Below, one piece after another: positions 50,190 to 62,260 of a stretch of DNA of 64,000 bases. The notes under the pieces were generated by a model. The model worked only from the letters and a program-made list of their open reading frames with translations, searched no databases and was not told where the DNA came from. The DNA is taken from the NCBI RefSeq assembly GCF_963921235.1, contig NC_086108.1:4216001-4280000 (forward strand). Reading direction: 5' to 3'. Each line of letters opens with the position of its first letter. Position 1 is the first letter of the stretch. The DNA comes from Mobula hypostoma (lineage: Eukaryota). A program made the position numbers and the translations under genes.

Positions 50190-50790
50190 TACCTCCTCCA
50201 GCTCCTTTCATCAGGATTGGATTGGAAGGGGGAAGAGGCCGGAATGAGAAGGTGGGGGGAGAGGGGAAGGAGTACAAGCTGGCAGGTGATAGGTGAGACC
50301 AGGTGAGGGGAAAGGTGGGTGAGTGGGATGAAGTGAGAAGCCGGGAGGGGCTAGGTAGAAAAGGTAAAGGGCTGGACAAGCAGGAGTCTGGAAGTAGGGG
50401 AGAGTGGACCATGGTAAAAAGGAAAGGAGGAGGGGCAACAAGAGGTGATGAGCAGGTGAAGAGTAACCACTCCCCTGTTTTCTCTGTTCTGGTTCCCTCT
50501 CTCCCATGGTCCACTCTTCTCTCTTATCAGGTTCCACCTTCTTCAGCTCTGTATCTCTTCCACCTATCACCTCCCAGCTTCTTACTTCATTCCCCCCTCC
50601 CACTTAGCCTCACTTCTCACCTGCCAGCCTGTCCTCCTTCCCCTCCCCTCCCCCCACCTTATTTTAGCTTTCTCCCCCTTCCTTTCCATCCCTGATGAAG
50701 GGTTTTGGCCCAATGTGTTGACTGTTTATTCCCCTCCATCGATTCTGTCTGAGCTGCTGAGTTCTTCCAGCATTGTGTGTGTGTGTTGTT
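50190..50790. mobile_element. Inverted pair of Penelope 3' fragments just upstream of a NUMBL exon
   Basis: Purine-rich minus arm (about 50195-50460) and pyrimidine-rich plus arm (about 50470-50790) ending CCAGCATTGTGTGTGTGTG. Confidence 0.7.
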
Positions 50791-50874
50791 ACAGGACACA
50801 TCAATTCCAGGACCCGTGGCTCCTGCCTCTTTCTGTTGGCTCACCGACTGATCCGTTCCTCTGTCTCTCCTCAG

Positions 50875-51015
50875 GACCTCATAGTGGATCAGACGATCGA
50901 GAAGGTTTCCTTCTGTGCTCCTGATCGGAACTACGACAAAGCCTTTTCATACATCTGCCGGGATGGCACCACCAGGCGATGGATCTGCCACTGTTTCATG
51001 GCACTAAAGGACTCG
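50875..51015 (+). CDS. NUMBL: Numb-like PTB domain exon ([47 protein letters not shown])
   Basis: Strong pyrimidine tract + tcAG, 141 nt, TCG|gtgagg donor; in ORF 50773..51204. DKAF and ALKDS are NUMBL-type. Confidence 0.95.
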
Positions 51016-52846
51016 GTGAGGGACACCTTCAGCATTCCCACCCTTGTGTTCCGATCCCCTTGTGGTCTGGCTCCCTCCCCCTCCTCCCCCGCGACTGCCC
51101 ACGAGATCCCTGTACTCCCCCAACTCCACTTGGTCACTCCACCTTGCGAGGCAGTGCCTTCAGCTCCCCAGATCCCAAGCTCATTGAATCTGTATAAGGT
51201 TTAAGGAGGAATCTCGGAGATCCTACAAAGGAGGATGTCCCCCTCTTTGCAATCTTTGTCTATTGTTCAACATCTCGATCGTCCACTATCGTGGCAGTAG
51301 ACCATCATGTCTTCTGTGTATTTATTTATTTGGTGATACAGCACAGTGACAGATCTTTCTGGCCAAACAAGCCCGCGCTGTCCATGTGACCAATTAACCC
51401 TTACATCGCCAATGTGACCAATTGACTGCGCTACCCATGTGACCGATTAACCCTTACGTCTTGGAAGCGGGAGGAAATCCCCACAGTCACGGGGGGAACG
51501 TGCAAACTGCTTACAGACAGTGGTGGGATTTGAACCCAGGTCGCTGGCCTACACCATTGTGCCACCCAAGAAATTCAACAGAAAATTGACCTTTCCTTCA
51601 AAGCTACAAGTCTAAAGCGAGACCCAACTTCAAAGAACACTGCCATGGCTTTAAACAGTTCTTGTGTGATAACACTCTTGTGAAGTTATACAGGCTGTCC
51701 CTGGGATACAAGCACCTGGACACCCCATCATATGAGTGAGCTACTGTAATATTATTCAACTGAGAAATCCGACATACATGCACACATTCATTCCTATGAC
51801 CAGCAGGGCCAGCTGCCTCTCTCTCCACTTTCAGTAGTTGTTCTTATCAAAGGGGATGTGAGGGGTAAGTGTTTTACTCAGAGAGTGATGGATGCCTGGA
51901 ATGTGCTGCCTGGTCTGGTGGAAGAGGTAAATACATTAGAGGCTTTTAAGAGACATTTGGAGAGGCACATGGATGTGAGGAAGATGGAGGGATATGGACA
52001 TGGTGTCGGAAGGATGGATTAGTGCTTGGGTGTCCTTTATTTGCTTTTTAGCTTCTATATAACGTTACCGCACAGTACAGGCCCTTTGGCCCATGATATT
52101 GTGCTGCATTTTTAATCTATTCCCAGATCAATCTCACCCGTCCTTCCCATATAGGCCTCCATTTTTCTGCCATCCATGTGCCTCCACCTAAGAGTCTCTT
52201 AAATGTCCCTAATGTACCCACCTCTACCACCACCCCGGCAACGCGTTCCATGCACCCACCACTCTCTGTGTAAAAAAAAACCTGCCTCTGACATCTCCTT
52301 GGTACTTTCTTCCAATCACCTTAAAATTATGCCCCCTCATGTTAGCCTTTCTGCCTTGGGAGAAAGGCGCTGTCTATCCATATGATCTGTGCCTCTTATC
52401 ATCTTGTACACCTCTTTCGAGGCACCTCTCATCCTCCTCTCCATACAGAAACTTGCCAGCCCACTCACCCTGTCTGCCTGGGACACGCTGTCTCAACCAG
52501 GCAGCATCCCGGTAAATCTCCTCTCATTAAACGTTTGTTGACCAATCACAGGAGTGCAGCCGCGTGGCGTACTCCAGACATCCAATCACAGTGTCAAAAC
52601 GGGTTGGGTTTGCAAAAGATGGACATGATGGGCACCCAATCAGGGGAGTGGGTTAGGTTGGTCTGGTATCCAATTATGGGAGAAACCTGGAATGATGGAC
52701 ATGTTGTGCAACCAATCACATGAGTGTAAGGGTGGAACAGTATAATGTCATGTACCTATCCGTCCTGGAAGACCCAATTCTTTTTGCCCGTGTCCCCAAT
52801 TAACCCTTGCTCAAGCACTGATTAATTGTGCTGTGCTGGATTCCAG

Positions 52847-53051
52847 GGGGAGCGATTGAGCCACGCCGTGGGCTGTGCCTTCGCCGCCTGCCTGGAGCGG
52901 AAACAGAAACGGGAGAAGGAATGCGGGGTGACAGCCTCTTTTGATGCAAGCCGGACAAGCTTCACCAGGGAAGGCTCCTTCAGGGTGACGACCGCCTCCC
53001 AGCAGGCCGAGAGGGAAGACAACATGAAGCAGCTGCAGGACAAGAAGAAAG
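52847..53051 (+). CDS. NUMBL: Numb-like exon ending the PTB domain ([68 protein letters not shown] + 1 nt)
   Basis: ttccAG acceptor, 205 nt, AAG|gtgaag donor (phase 1); in ORF 52826..53173. No further exon was recognised before 64000. Confidence 0.92.
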
Positions 53052-53074
53052 GTGAAGGGCTGAGTGGCAAGCTC

Positions 53075-54140
53075 TCCCATCTCCACCCCCACCCCCAACC
53101 TCCCATCCCCGTCACCCTCCATCCCCAACCTCCCATCCACCTCACCCCCGAACCTCCCAGCCCCACCCCCTAAACCTCCCATCCCCCTCACCCACCACCC
53201 CCAACCTCCCATCTCCACCCCCACCCCCAACCTCCCATCCCCGTCACCCTCCATCCCCAACCTCCCATCCCCCTCACCTCCGAACCTCCCAGCCCCACCC
53301 CCTAAACCTCCCATCCCCCTCACCCCCCACCCCCAACCTCCCATCCCCCTCACCCCGACCCTCCCATCCCCACCCCTAACCTCCCATCCCCTCACCCACC
53401 ACCCCCAACCTCCCATCTCCACCCCCACCCCCAACCTCCCATCCCCCTCACCCACCACCCCCAACCTCCCATCTCCACCCCACCCCCAACCTCCCATCCC
53501 CCTCACCCCCCACCCCCAACCTCCCATCCCCCTCACCCACCACCCCCAACCTCCCATCCCCCTCACCCCGACCCTCCCATCCCCACCCCTAACCTCCCAT
53601 CCCCCTCACCCACCACCCCCAACCTCCCATCTCCACCCCCACCCCAAACCTCCCATCCCCACCCTACACCCTCCCATCCCCACCCTACACCCGAACCTCC
53701 CACCCCCACCCCTAAACCTCCAATCCCCCTCACCCACCACCCCAACCTCCCATCTCCACCCCCACCCCCAAACCTCCCATCCCCACCCCACACCCCCAAA
53801 CCTCCCATCCTCACCCCACACCCCACCCTCCCATCCCCACCCTACACCCGAACCTCCCACCCCCACCCCCTAAACCTCCCATTCCCCCACCCCACCTCCT
53901 ACCTCCATCTCCACCCCCCACCTCCCATCCCACCCCACACCCCGAACCTCCCATTCCCCCACCCCCACTCCGACCTCCATCTCCACCCCCCACCTCCCAT
54001 CCCCACCCCACACCCCGAACCTCCCATCCCCCTCACCCTCACCCCCTACCTCCCATCCCCACTCCCCACCTCCAACCTCCCATCCCCACCCCACACCCCC
54101 TACCTCCCATCCTCCTCACCCCACACCCCGAACCTCCCAT
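53075..54140. repeat. C-rich degenerate minisatellite (AACCTCCCATCCCC core) beginning about 22 nt after the exon donor
   Basis: Core recurs every roughly 22-35 nt; produces spurious Pro-rich and GMGG ORFs. Confidence 0.9.
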
Positions 54141-54445
54141 CAAGACTAGGGCCCCTGTGTTCTTTCGGGCCAAGATCATGAATATTTCCAACCAGATCTC
54201 AGAATCAGATTCATTATCATTGATGTATGTTGTGGAATTTTTAATCTTGTGGCAGCAGTACAGTGCCAAGTATATTAAAAAAAACTCTAAGTAAGATTAA
54301 AAAAAGCAATACACAAGGCAAAAATAGAGCAAAATGTGAGGTGGTGTTCATGGGTTCAATGTCCATTCAGAAATGGGATGACAGAAGGGAAGAAGCTGTT
54401 CCTGAATCATTGGGTGTGTGCCTTCAGGTTCCTGTACCTCCTCCC

Positions 54446-55600
54446 TACACAAAAGCATTTGATAAAAGTGAAGCACAATAAGTTATTTGAATATTACAGG
54501 AAACTCTAGATCTAGATTCGAAAGACCTCCGCCTAATCAGAAATCTGTACTGGGAACAAACTGCCGCTGTAAAAATAGATGGAGAAGTGAGTCAGTTTAC
54601 CAAAATCAAGAGAGGCGTTAAACAAGGGTCTGTTTTTTTCCTGATTTGTTTAATGTGTACAGTGAAACAATATTACAAAAAATAAGAGACATCTTGGGAA
54701 TCAAAGTTGGCGGTGAAAACATCAATAATTTCAGATATGCGGATGACACTGTGTTAATTGCAAGTACGGAGGAAGAACTACAAAACTTAATTGATATAGT
54801 TGTTGAAGATAGATAGACCCATTTTTGCACTATTAATTGCAAAAAAGACAGAATGTATGGTGATATCCAAAAAGAAGCCAAATCCTATCTGCAGGCTGAG
54901 GATAAACGGAGAAGGCATAAAACAAGTACAGAACTTTTGCTACTTAGGAAGCTGGGTGACATCAGATGGCAGATGTGACTTGGACATCAAAAGAAGAATG
55001 GGGATGGCAAAAGACACCTTTACAGAATGAAGAGTATACTGACCAACACTAAACTAGGCATGACAACCCACCTCAGAGTACTGAAATGTTACGTTTATCC
55101 AGTTATGTTATATGGCTCAGAATGTTGGACAATATCTAGTAACATGAGGAAACGAATTGAAGCAGCAGAGATGTGGTTTTTGAGGAGGATGCAAAGAATA
55201 TCATGGACGAAACGAATAGTATAGTAGTCATACTTTATTAATCCCGGGGGAAATTGGTTTTCGTTACAGTTGCTCCATAAATAATAAATAGTAATAGAAT
55301 ATCTAACAAGGATGTCATGAACAGAGCAAACACAAAAAGAGAGATAATGTATGAGATCATGAAAAGGCAATGTAACTTCATTGGACATGTGATTAGGAAA
55401 GAGGAGTTAGAATGCACGGTAATTATGGGAAAGATTGAAGGGAAGAAAGCAAGAGGAAGACAAAGACAAATGATGATGGAGACAGCAGCCAAAGAACTGG
55501 AAATGAATACCAAAGAATTGATCCACTTGACCCGAAACAGGATAGTGTGTGGGCCATGGCAGTCAAAGCTCAGACTGGGCATGGCACCTGCTGATGGTGA
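54446..55600 (+). mobile_element. RTE-clade LINE 3' fragment
   Basis: YTKAFDKV, NINNFRYADDTVLIA, KCYVYPVMLYGSECWT, GKIEGKKARGRQR. Confidence 0.85.
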
Positions 55601-56709
55601 CCTCCTCCCTGATGGTAGCAATGAGAAGAGGGTGTGTCCTGGCTGGTGAGATTCCTTAATGATGGATGCTGCCTTCTTGAGGCATTGCCTTTTGAAGGTG
55701 TCCTTGATAGTGGGAAGCTAGTGCCCATGATGGAAGCTCGATGGTGGGGAAGCTTTTGAAGCATCCTTGATGATCTGGAGGCTGGTGCCCATGATGGAGC
55801 TGGCTGAATTTGCAACTTTCTGCAGCTTTTTCTGACCCTGTACATTGTGCCCACAGTCTAGGTGGAGTTACGATGCTTTCCATGGTCTGACTGGGCCCTC
55901 CGTCGGTCAGACTCGACCATGGACGTTGCGTCCTAGCAGTCTAGATACACAAGCAAGGGCAACATGATATGGAAAGCAAGCTGTTGTCCATGTAGCAAGC
56001 TCCCCCTCTCCACGCATCTGGTGAACCCAAAGGAACGGGAGAGACCGATACAGTTTGGTACCAGCAGCATCACGGGAGTTGCCAGTCAGCATTGAACTCA
56101 ATGTCAGACTGCCTTCGGGAATCCAGCTCCAGATTTTTCCCTCCGGGATTACTCCCGAAGCCTTCCGCGTGAGTGGGTATATCGGCAAGGCAGAGGTTTG
56201 AGATCAGAGCTGTCTTTCTCCTAAAGGAGTACCAACCACGGCTGACAAGCCCCATCTGCCTGAAATGACTGGTTTTAAGGTGCCAGTAACCTGCCTTTGC
56301 CCCTTCTCCTGTCAGGTCTGCTGGGCTTAGTAGTTAAAGCACACGTGAAGGCCAGGAGCTTGACTTGATTGTCAGAGGTTATTTGAGTCGCATGCCACTG
56401 GGAGTATTTAATAGGCAGTGGGAGCTTGTCGCCATTACCACCCCTGGCAATAACAACCTTAAGAAACCAAGGTCTACCAAGGTTTCCATGATAGACCTGG
56501 AGAAAGTGGCTAGTCTTTGGTGACATACCAAGTCTTCTCAAACTGCTCATGAACTACGCTGATACGTTCTTTATAATTGCATCAATCTGTTGGGCCCCAG
56601 AGATGTTGGCACCCAGGATTCGATCACAATATTCAATGATATTCCCACTCCCCCAGAACTCAACTGAACCTGCTGTTGCAGCATTGGAGACTGAGGGGTG
56701 ACTTTATAG

Positions 56710-57200
56710 ATGTGCTGACATTGGCGAGGGTTCAGAGGAGGTTCGTGAGGATGATTCAGGGATTAAAAGGGTTATCGTATGAGCAGCAACTGGAATTTAG
56801 AAGAATGATGGGGGGGGGGAATCTCATTGAAACCTATCAAATGTTGAACAGTCTAGATACAGTCGATGTGGAGGATGTTTCCTTTAGTGGGGGAGTTTAG
56901 GACCAGAGGGCACAGCCTCAAAATAGTGGGAAGTCTATTAGCCAGAGATAAGTAAGAATATCTTTAGCCAGGGGGTGGTGAATCTGTGGACTTCGTTGCC
57001 ACAGATGGCTGTGGAGGCCAAGCCATTGGATGTATTTACGACGGAGGTCGATAAGTTCTTGATTAGTCACGGTGTGAAAGGTTATGGGGAGAAGGCAAGA
57101 TAATGGGGTTGAGAGGAAAACGGATCAGCTATGATGAAATGGTGGAATAGACTCGATGGGCAGAATGGCCTAATTCTGCTCCTACACCTTATGGTCTTAT
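56710..57200 (+). mobile_element. CR1 LINE 3' end
   Basis: RVQRRFVRMIQGLKGLSYE; monomer of the 61-bp unit at about 56860-56915; tail cttatggtcttat. Confidence 0.8.
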
Positions 57201-57605
57201 AGATATTGTGAATGTGCACAGTCTCCCCCCCCCCCGCCCCCCAGGGTTCAGGAATCAAGAACTAGAGGGCACGGGTTTAAGGTAAGAGGGGAGCAATTTA
57301 ACGGTAACCTTAGCGGGGAACCTTTTCACCCAGCAGACAGAGGGGGAGCTGCGTGGTCTTGGTCGTAGCGATAACCAGGCCTCCAGTCTCGGCGTTGCCT
57401 GTTCGCCGCCGCCCAGGAGAGAGGCAGAGTTGGTGCGTTTACTGGAGTCTGACTGCAGACTTCTGAAATATTCATGGGCTCAGGTCTTAGACTATGTTTT
57501 GAGTGACACTACGAGGGGTGATTGATAAGTTCGTGGCTGATGGTAGAGGAGTCAATTTTAGAAAACCTAGCACATTCGTTTTTTATCATAGTCCCCTCCT
57601 CACTT

Positions 57606-60600
57606 CTGGGTGTGAGGATAAACTACATCCGGCTGTGGAGCCTTTGCTTTGGGTAATGAGGTTACCATTAACCACAGCTACCTCCGGGTCACCCTTAGGC
57701 AAGGTGTAGCACCTGTCAGCCTCCCTACTTGGGTTACAGTGAAGCCACGGAATGCAGGTGGTGGATGAAGCAGAAGGCACGTTGTGAGTAACACAATCGA
57801 TGGTTCCTGCTTCTCAGACGCTGAGCAGTAGATCCTTTTAATAGGACAATGTTCTGGGTCACTCGTCTTATAAAGACACTGCATCGGAAGCAAGCAAGGG
57901 GAAGCTGCTTCTTGTATTTTATCCCTAGTACAACCATGGTTAATACAGACACAAATGTAAAAGACAACAGCGTAAATGGCAGCCCACTTCCGAATAGTGC
58001 AGACACCTCGCTCGGTACGGGGTATCATGTAAACAGACAGGTGAGCCCGGATCGTCATACCACTACTGTCTGCAAGAACAAGAGACTGCGAATTTCCACT
58101 TGGAATGTTTGAACCCTGCACCAAGCTGGTAAGCTAGAAAACGTAAAATTAGAAATGAAGAGGCTAGAAGTCAGCATCCCAGTGAAATAAGATGGAGAGG
58201 CACTGGAGTATTCTAGCCAGACGACTACAGGATGATATACTCTGCTGGAGATAAACATGAAAAGGGTGTTGCAATCATCTTAGACAAAGAAACATCCAAG
58301 AGCCTGCTAGGATACTGGCATATCTCAGACAGAATGATGCTAATCAAACTAAGAGGACAACAAAACAACATCTCTATCATCCAAGTATATGCACCCACAA
58401 TGGGAAGCTCAGAGGAAGAAATTGATGCCTTCTACCACTCCCGAGACAAAGCACTAGAAGAATGCAAATCACAAGAAGCCATCATAGTCATGGGCGACTT
58501 CAATGCAAAAGTTGATGAGGGAAGAGAAGACCATATTGTTGGAGACCAGGGATTGGGAGAAAGAAATGGAAGAGGAGAAAAGCTTATATCATGGTGTAAA
58601 ACAAACAGTCAGATAATCACCAACACTTGGTTTAGACAACATCCAGGAAGGAACTGGACATGGAGAAGCCCAGATGGGAACAACAAAAATCAAATTGACT
58701 ACATCACAATCAATAACAGATTCAAAAACTTGATAACTCAATCTAAAAGCTACCTTGGAGCAGACCACATACCAGTCATTTGCAAAATGAAAATAAGGAT
58801 GAGAAAATTAAAGAAACCAAAAAGATCAGAACCACTGGATTATCAACAACTACAAAACAACCCTCATCTGAAACAGAATACACAACCGAGGTGAAAAACT
58901 GTTTTCAATTGCTGCAGGATGAAGGAGATAAATCTTCCTGGGACATACTGAAGAAATCCATGGTTGTAGCTGCAAAAGAAACCATCCCATGAAAAGAATG
59001 GAAAAGTAAGAAGAAATGGATAACTGAAGATATAATACAATTGATACAACAAAAACAGAACATCAAACCAAGAGACAGCGAAGAATACAAACAACTTGAT
59101 AAGACAATAAAAAGAAAATGCAGAGAAGCTAAAGACAGATGGCTAAATGAGAAACGCTCAGAGATAGAAATGCTACAAACCCATAACCCTGGAACAAAGT
59201 TGATGCACAGTAAGATCAAAGAACTAACGGGGAAATTACCTTGCTCAGCAAGTGGATGCATCAAGACGGCAGCTTAATTATGAGCAAAGAGGAAATCCTA
59301 AACAGATGGACGGAATATATAAAAGAACTTTTTGAAGACCAAAGAGGAGAAAAACCGAACATCAAGAAGAATCCTGAAGGACCTAGCATTCTAAAATCAG
59401 AAACTCGAGCAGCCATAAATAAAACAAAACATAACAGAGCAACTGGTCCAGACAACATCGCTGTTGAAATGATACTGGCCTTAGAAGATTTTGGAATAGA
59501 GAAAATAACAGAAATAGCAAATGAAATCTATGATCATGGGGAGATACCAGCTGATTTAAGTAAATCAGTGTTCATCACACTTCCAAAGAAAGAGAGAGCA
59601 ACAGAATGCGAGTTACATCGTACAATAAGCCTGATGAGCCACGTGACAAAAATTATTCTCAGAGTAATCATAATGAAAGCAAGACGCTGTATAAAACCAG
59701 AAATCAGTAAAGAACAATCCGGCTTTGTGGAAAACACTGGAACCAGAAATGCGATTTTCATGGTATGGATGATCTGTGAACGAGCCATCCAGGTACAAAA
59801 TGACATCTACCTATGTTTCATCGACTATAAAAAAGCTTTTGACACTGTCAGATGACAAGATCTTCTGGAAATGTTTCAAAATTTTGACATAGATGGGAAA
59901 GATATACGTTTCTTAAGAAACTTATACTGGGACCAGACAGCATCCATCAGAATAGAAGAAGTGAGTGAGTATGTGAATATCATGAGAGGAGTCAGGCAAG
60001 GTTGTGTCTTTTCGCCAGACTTTTTCAACCTGTATAGTGAAAATATCTTGAGAAGTATCAAAGACATCAAAGGATTCACAATTGGAGGCCATAATATAAA
60101 TAACATCAGGTATGCTGATGACATCATACTAATAGCTGACTCAGAAACAAAACTTCAAGAACTACTCACTATAGTGGCAGCAGAAAGTAATCACAGAGGC
60201 CTCTCAATCAACACCAAGAAGACAGAAAGCATGGTCATCTCCAGAAAGACAAACATCCCACAATGTGAACAAGATCGGAAATACAAACATCAAACAAGTC
60301 ACCAAATTCAGATATCTTGGCAGCCTAATAACAAGTAATGGCAGGTGCGACAGGGATATCAAATACAGAATAGCAATGGCGAAAGAAGCCTTCCAAAAAA
60401 TGAAGACCATATTAACAGACAGAAAGATGAGTATGCACACTAAAAACAGAACACTGCAGTGCTACATTTATTCTATCCTGACTTATGGAAGTGAATGCTG
60501 GACCATTTCCCCAGCAATGGAAAAGAGACTAGAAGCAGCTGAATTATAGTTCTACTGGAGAATGTTAAAAATATCATGGACCACACACACATCAAATGAA

Positions 60601-60620
60601 GAAGTTCTCAGAAGAGCCCA
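57606..60620 (+). mobile_element. Near full-length decayed RTE (BovB-like) LINE
   Basis: LRISTWNV, IIQVYAPT, VMGDFNAKV, NQIDYI, RTISLMSH, FIDYKKAFDTV, GVRQGCVFSP, NIRYADD. Confidence 0.92.
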
Positions 60621-60639
60621 AGACACTAGATACTAGAAT

Positions 60640-61190
60640 ACTACAGCACGTTACAGGCCCTTCAGCCCTCGATGTTGTGCTGACCCATATATTCCTTAAA
60701 AAAAAGTACTAAACCCACACTACCCCGTAACCCTCTATTTTTCTTTCATCCATGTGCCTGTCCAAGAGGTTCTTAAATACCCCTAATGTTTTAGCCTCCA
60801 CCACCATCCCTCGCAAGTCATTCCAGGCACCCACAACCCTCTGTGTAAAAAACTTACCCCTGATGTCTCCCCTAAACTTCCCTCCCTTAACTTTGTACAT
60901 ATGCCCTCTGGTGTTTGCTATTCATGCCCTGGGAAACAAGTACTGGCTATCCACCCTATCTATGCCTCTCATAATCTTGTCAACCTCTATCAAGTCCCCT
61001 CTCATCCTTCTATGCTGCAAAGAGAAAAGTCCCAGCTCTGCTAACCTTGCCTCATAAGACTTGTTTTCCAATCCCAGCAACATCCTGGTAAATCTCCTCT
61101 GCACCCTCTCCATAGCTTCCACATCCTTCCTATAATGAGGTGAGCAGAACTGAACACAATACTCAAGTGTGGTTTCACCAGAGATTTGTT
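60640..61190 (-). mobile_element. CR1 LINE 3' end
   Basis: ORFs 60922..61122 and 60709..60900 with CR1 C-terminal motifs. Confidence 0.88.
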
Positions 61191-61271
61191 ATTAGCTTCA
61201 AACTTTCTGCATAATCACTCAAAGAGTTGAACTGCATGTGCATGTAACGACAGCTGTATAACTTGTCTCCT

Positions 61272-61402
61272 TTCAAATCTCTTACTAACTCTTCCTTCAG
61301 TTAGTCCTGACGAAGGGTCTCAGCCTGAAACGTCGACTGTACCTCTTCCTACAGATGCTGCCTGGCCTGCTGCGTTTACCAGCAACTTTGATGTGTGTTG
61401 CT
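61272..61402 (+). mobile_element. Solitary Penelope pseudo-LTR fragment
   Basis: TSD TAACTTGTCTCCT (61259-71) / TAACTCGTCTCCT (61403-15); nearly identical to 1036-1155. Confidence 0.85.
61303..61338 (+). ncRNA. Minimal hammerhead ribozyme motif, sense to the NUMBL pre-mRNA
   Basis: AGTC-CTGACGA-A-GGGTCTCAGCCT-GAAA-CG-TC-GACT. Confidence 0.68.
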
Positions 61403-61999
61403 TAACTCGTCTCCTCCTACCTTAGGCCACAAACTTATCAATCACCCCTGCTGTGGACACTTTCTGGAGGTCCAAGACGCCGACTTCTACAAAGAAGGGA
61501 TCCGTATGCTCCATGACTGCTGGACTAAGTGTGTCAATGTAGGAGGGGACTATGTTGAAAAATAAATGTGCGAGGCTTTCTAAAATTGACTCCTTCTACC
61601 TTAGGCCATGAATGTATCAATCACCCCTGGTATATGCTTTTATCCTATGTGTGCTCTGTGTGCTTTGTGCTGTGTGTAGCTGTTGGTACTGTATTGTGTA
61701 CTTTGGTCCCAGAATAACGCTGTTTCGTTTGGCTGTATTCCTGGGTACTCATGTATAGTTGGGTGACAATTAAACTTGTACTTGATCTTGGTCTTGGTGC
61801 GTATATGGACCAAGATACCAGAGGAAGTGGTTGAGGGAGGTACATTAACAACATTTAACAGGCACTTGTCCAGGTATATGGACAGGAGAAGTTTAGAAAG
61901 TTATGGGCCATACATGGGTAAACAGGACTAGCCAAGGTGGGACTGTTAGTCAGTCTGGACTAGTTAGGCCTTTAAGACCCAGTGATCTGTTGAAATTCA

Positions 62000-62260
62000 G
62001 TGCAGAGTGGGCCCTTCCAGCCCTTCACCCCACGCCAGCCAGCAATCCCCTGATTTAACCCGCTAATCACGGGACAATGACCAATTAACCTACAAACCAG
62101 TACGTCTTTAGACTGTGGGAGGAAACCAGAGCACCCGGAGGAAACCCACACGGTCACGTGGAGCATGTACAAACTCCTGACAGGCAGTGGCGGGATTTTG
62201 AATCCAGGGTCTCCTGTACTGTGAAGCGTTGTGCTAACCACTACGTTACCGCGCCACCCC
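62000..62260 (-). mobile_element. V-SINE/HE1-like SINE (similar copies at about 49965-50175 and 51325-51565)
   Basis: Reverse V-domain GACTGTGGGAGGAAACCAGAGCACCCGGAGGAAACCCACAC and tRNA-like head. Confidence 0.8.

Larger units (their letters stand above)
57512..61630. mobile_element. Mariner-derived non-autonomous element split by nested RTE, CR1 and Penelope insertions
   Basis: TA|CGAGGGGTGATTGATAAG...GTCAATTTTAGAAAACCTAGCACAT at left and its reverse complement ending ATCAATCACCCCTGG|TA at right; transposase C-terminus DFYKEGIRMLHDCWTKCVNVGGDYVEK* at about 61482-61565. Confidence 0.8.

Noticed and set aside
53064..53873. Proline-rich ORF after the exon as the Numb proline-rich region
   Set aside because: It lies after a GT donor, is built from a C-rich repeat, and lacks NumbF, DPF or NPF motifs.
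57606..60620. Active RTE, Rex or CR1 retrotransposon
   Set aside because: All LINE ORFs in the window are broken by stops and frameshifts.
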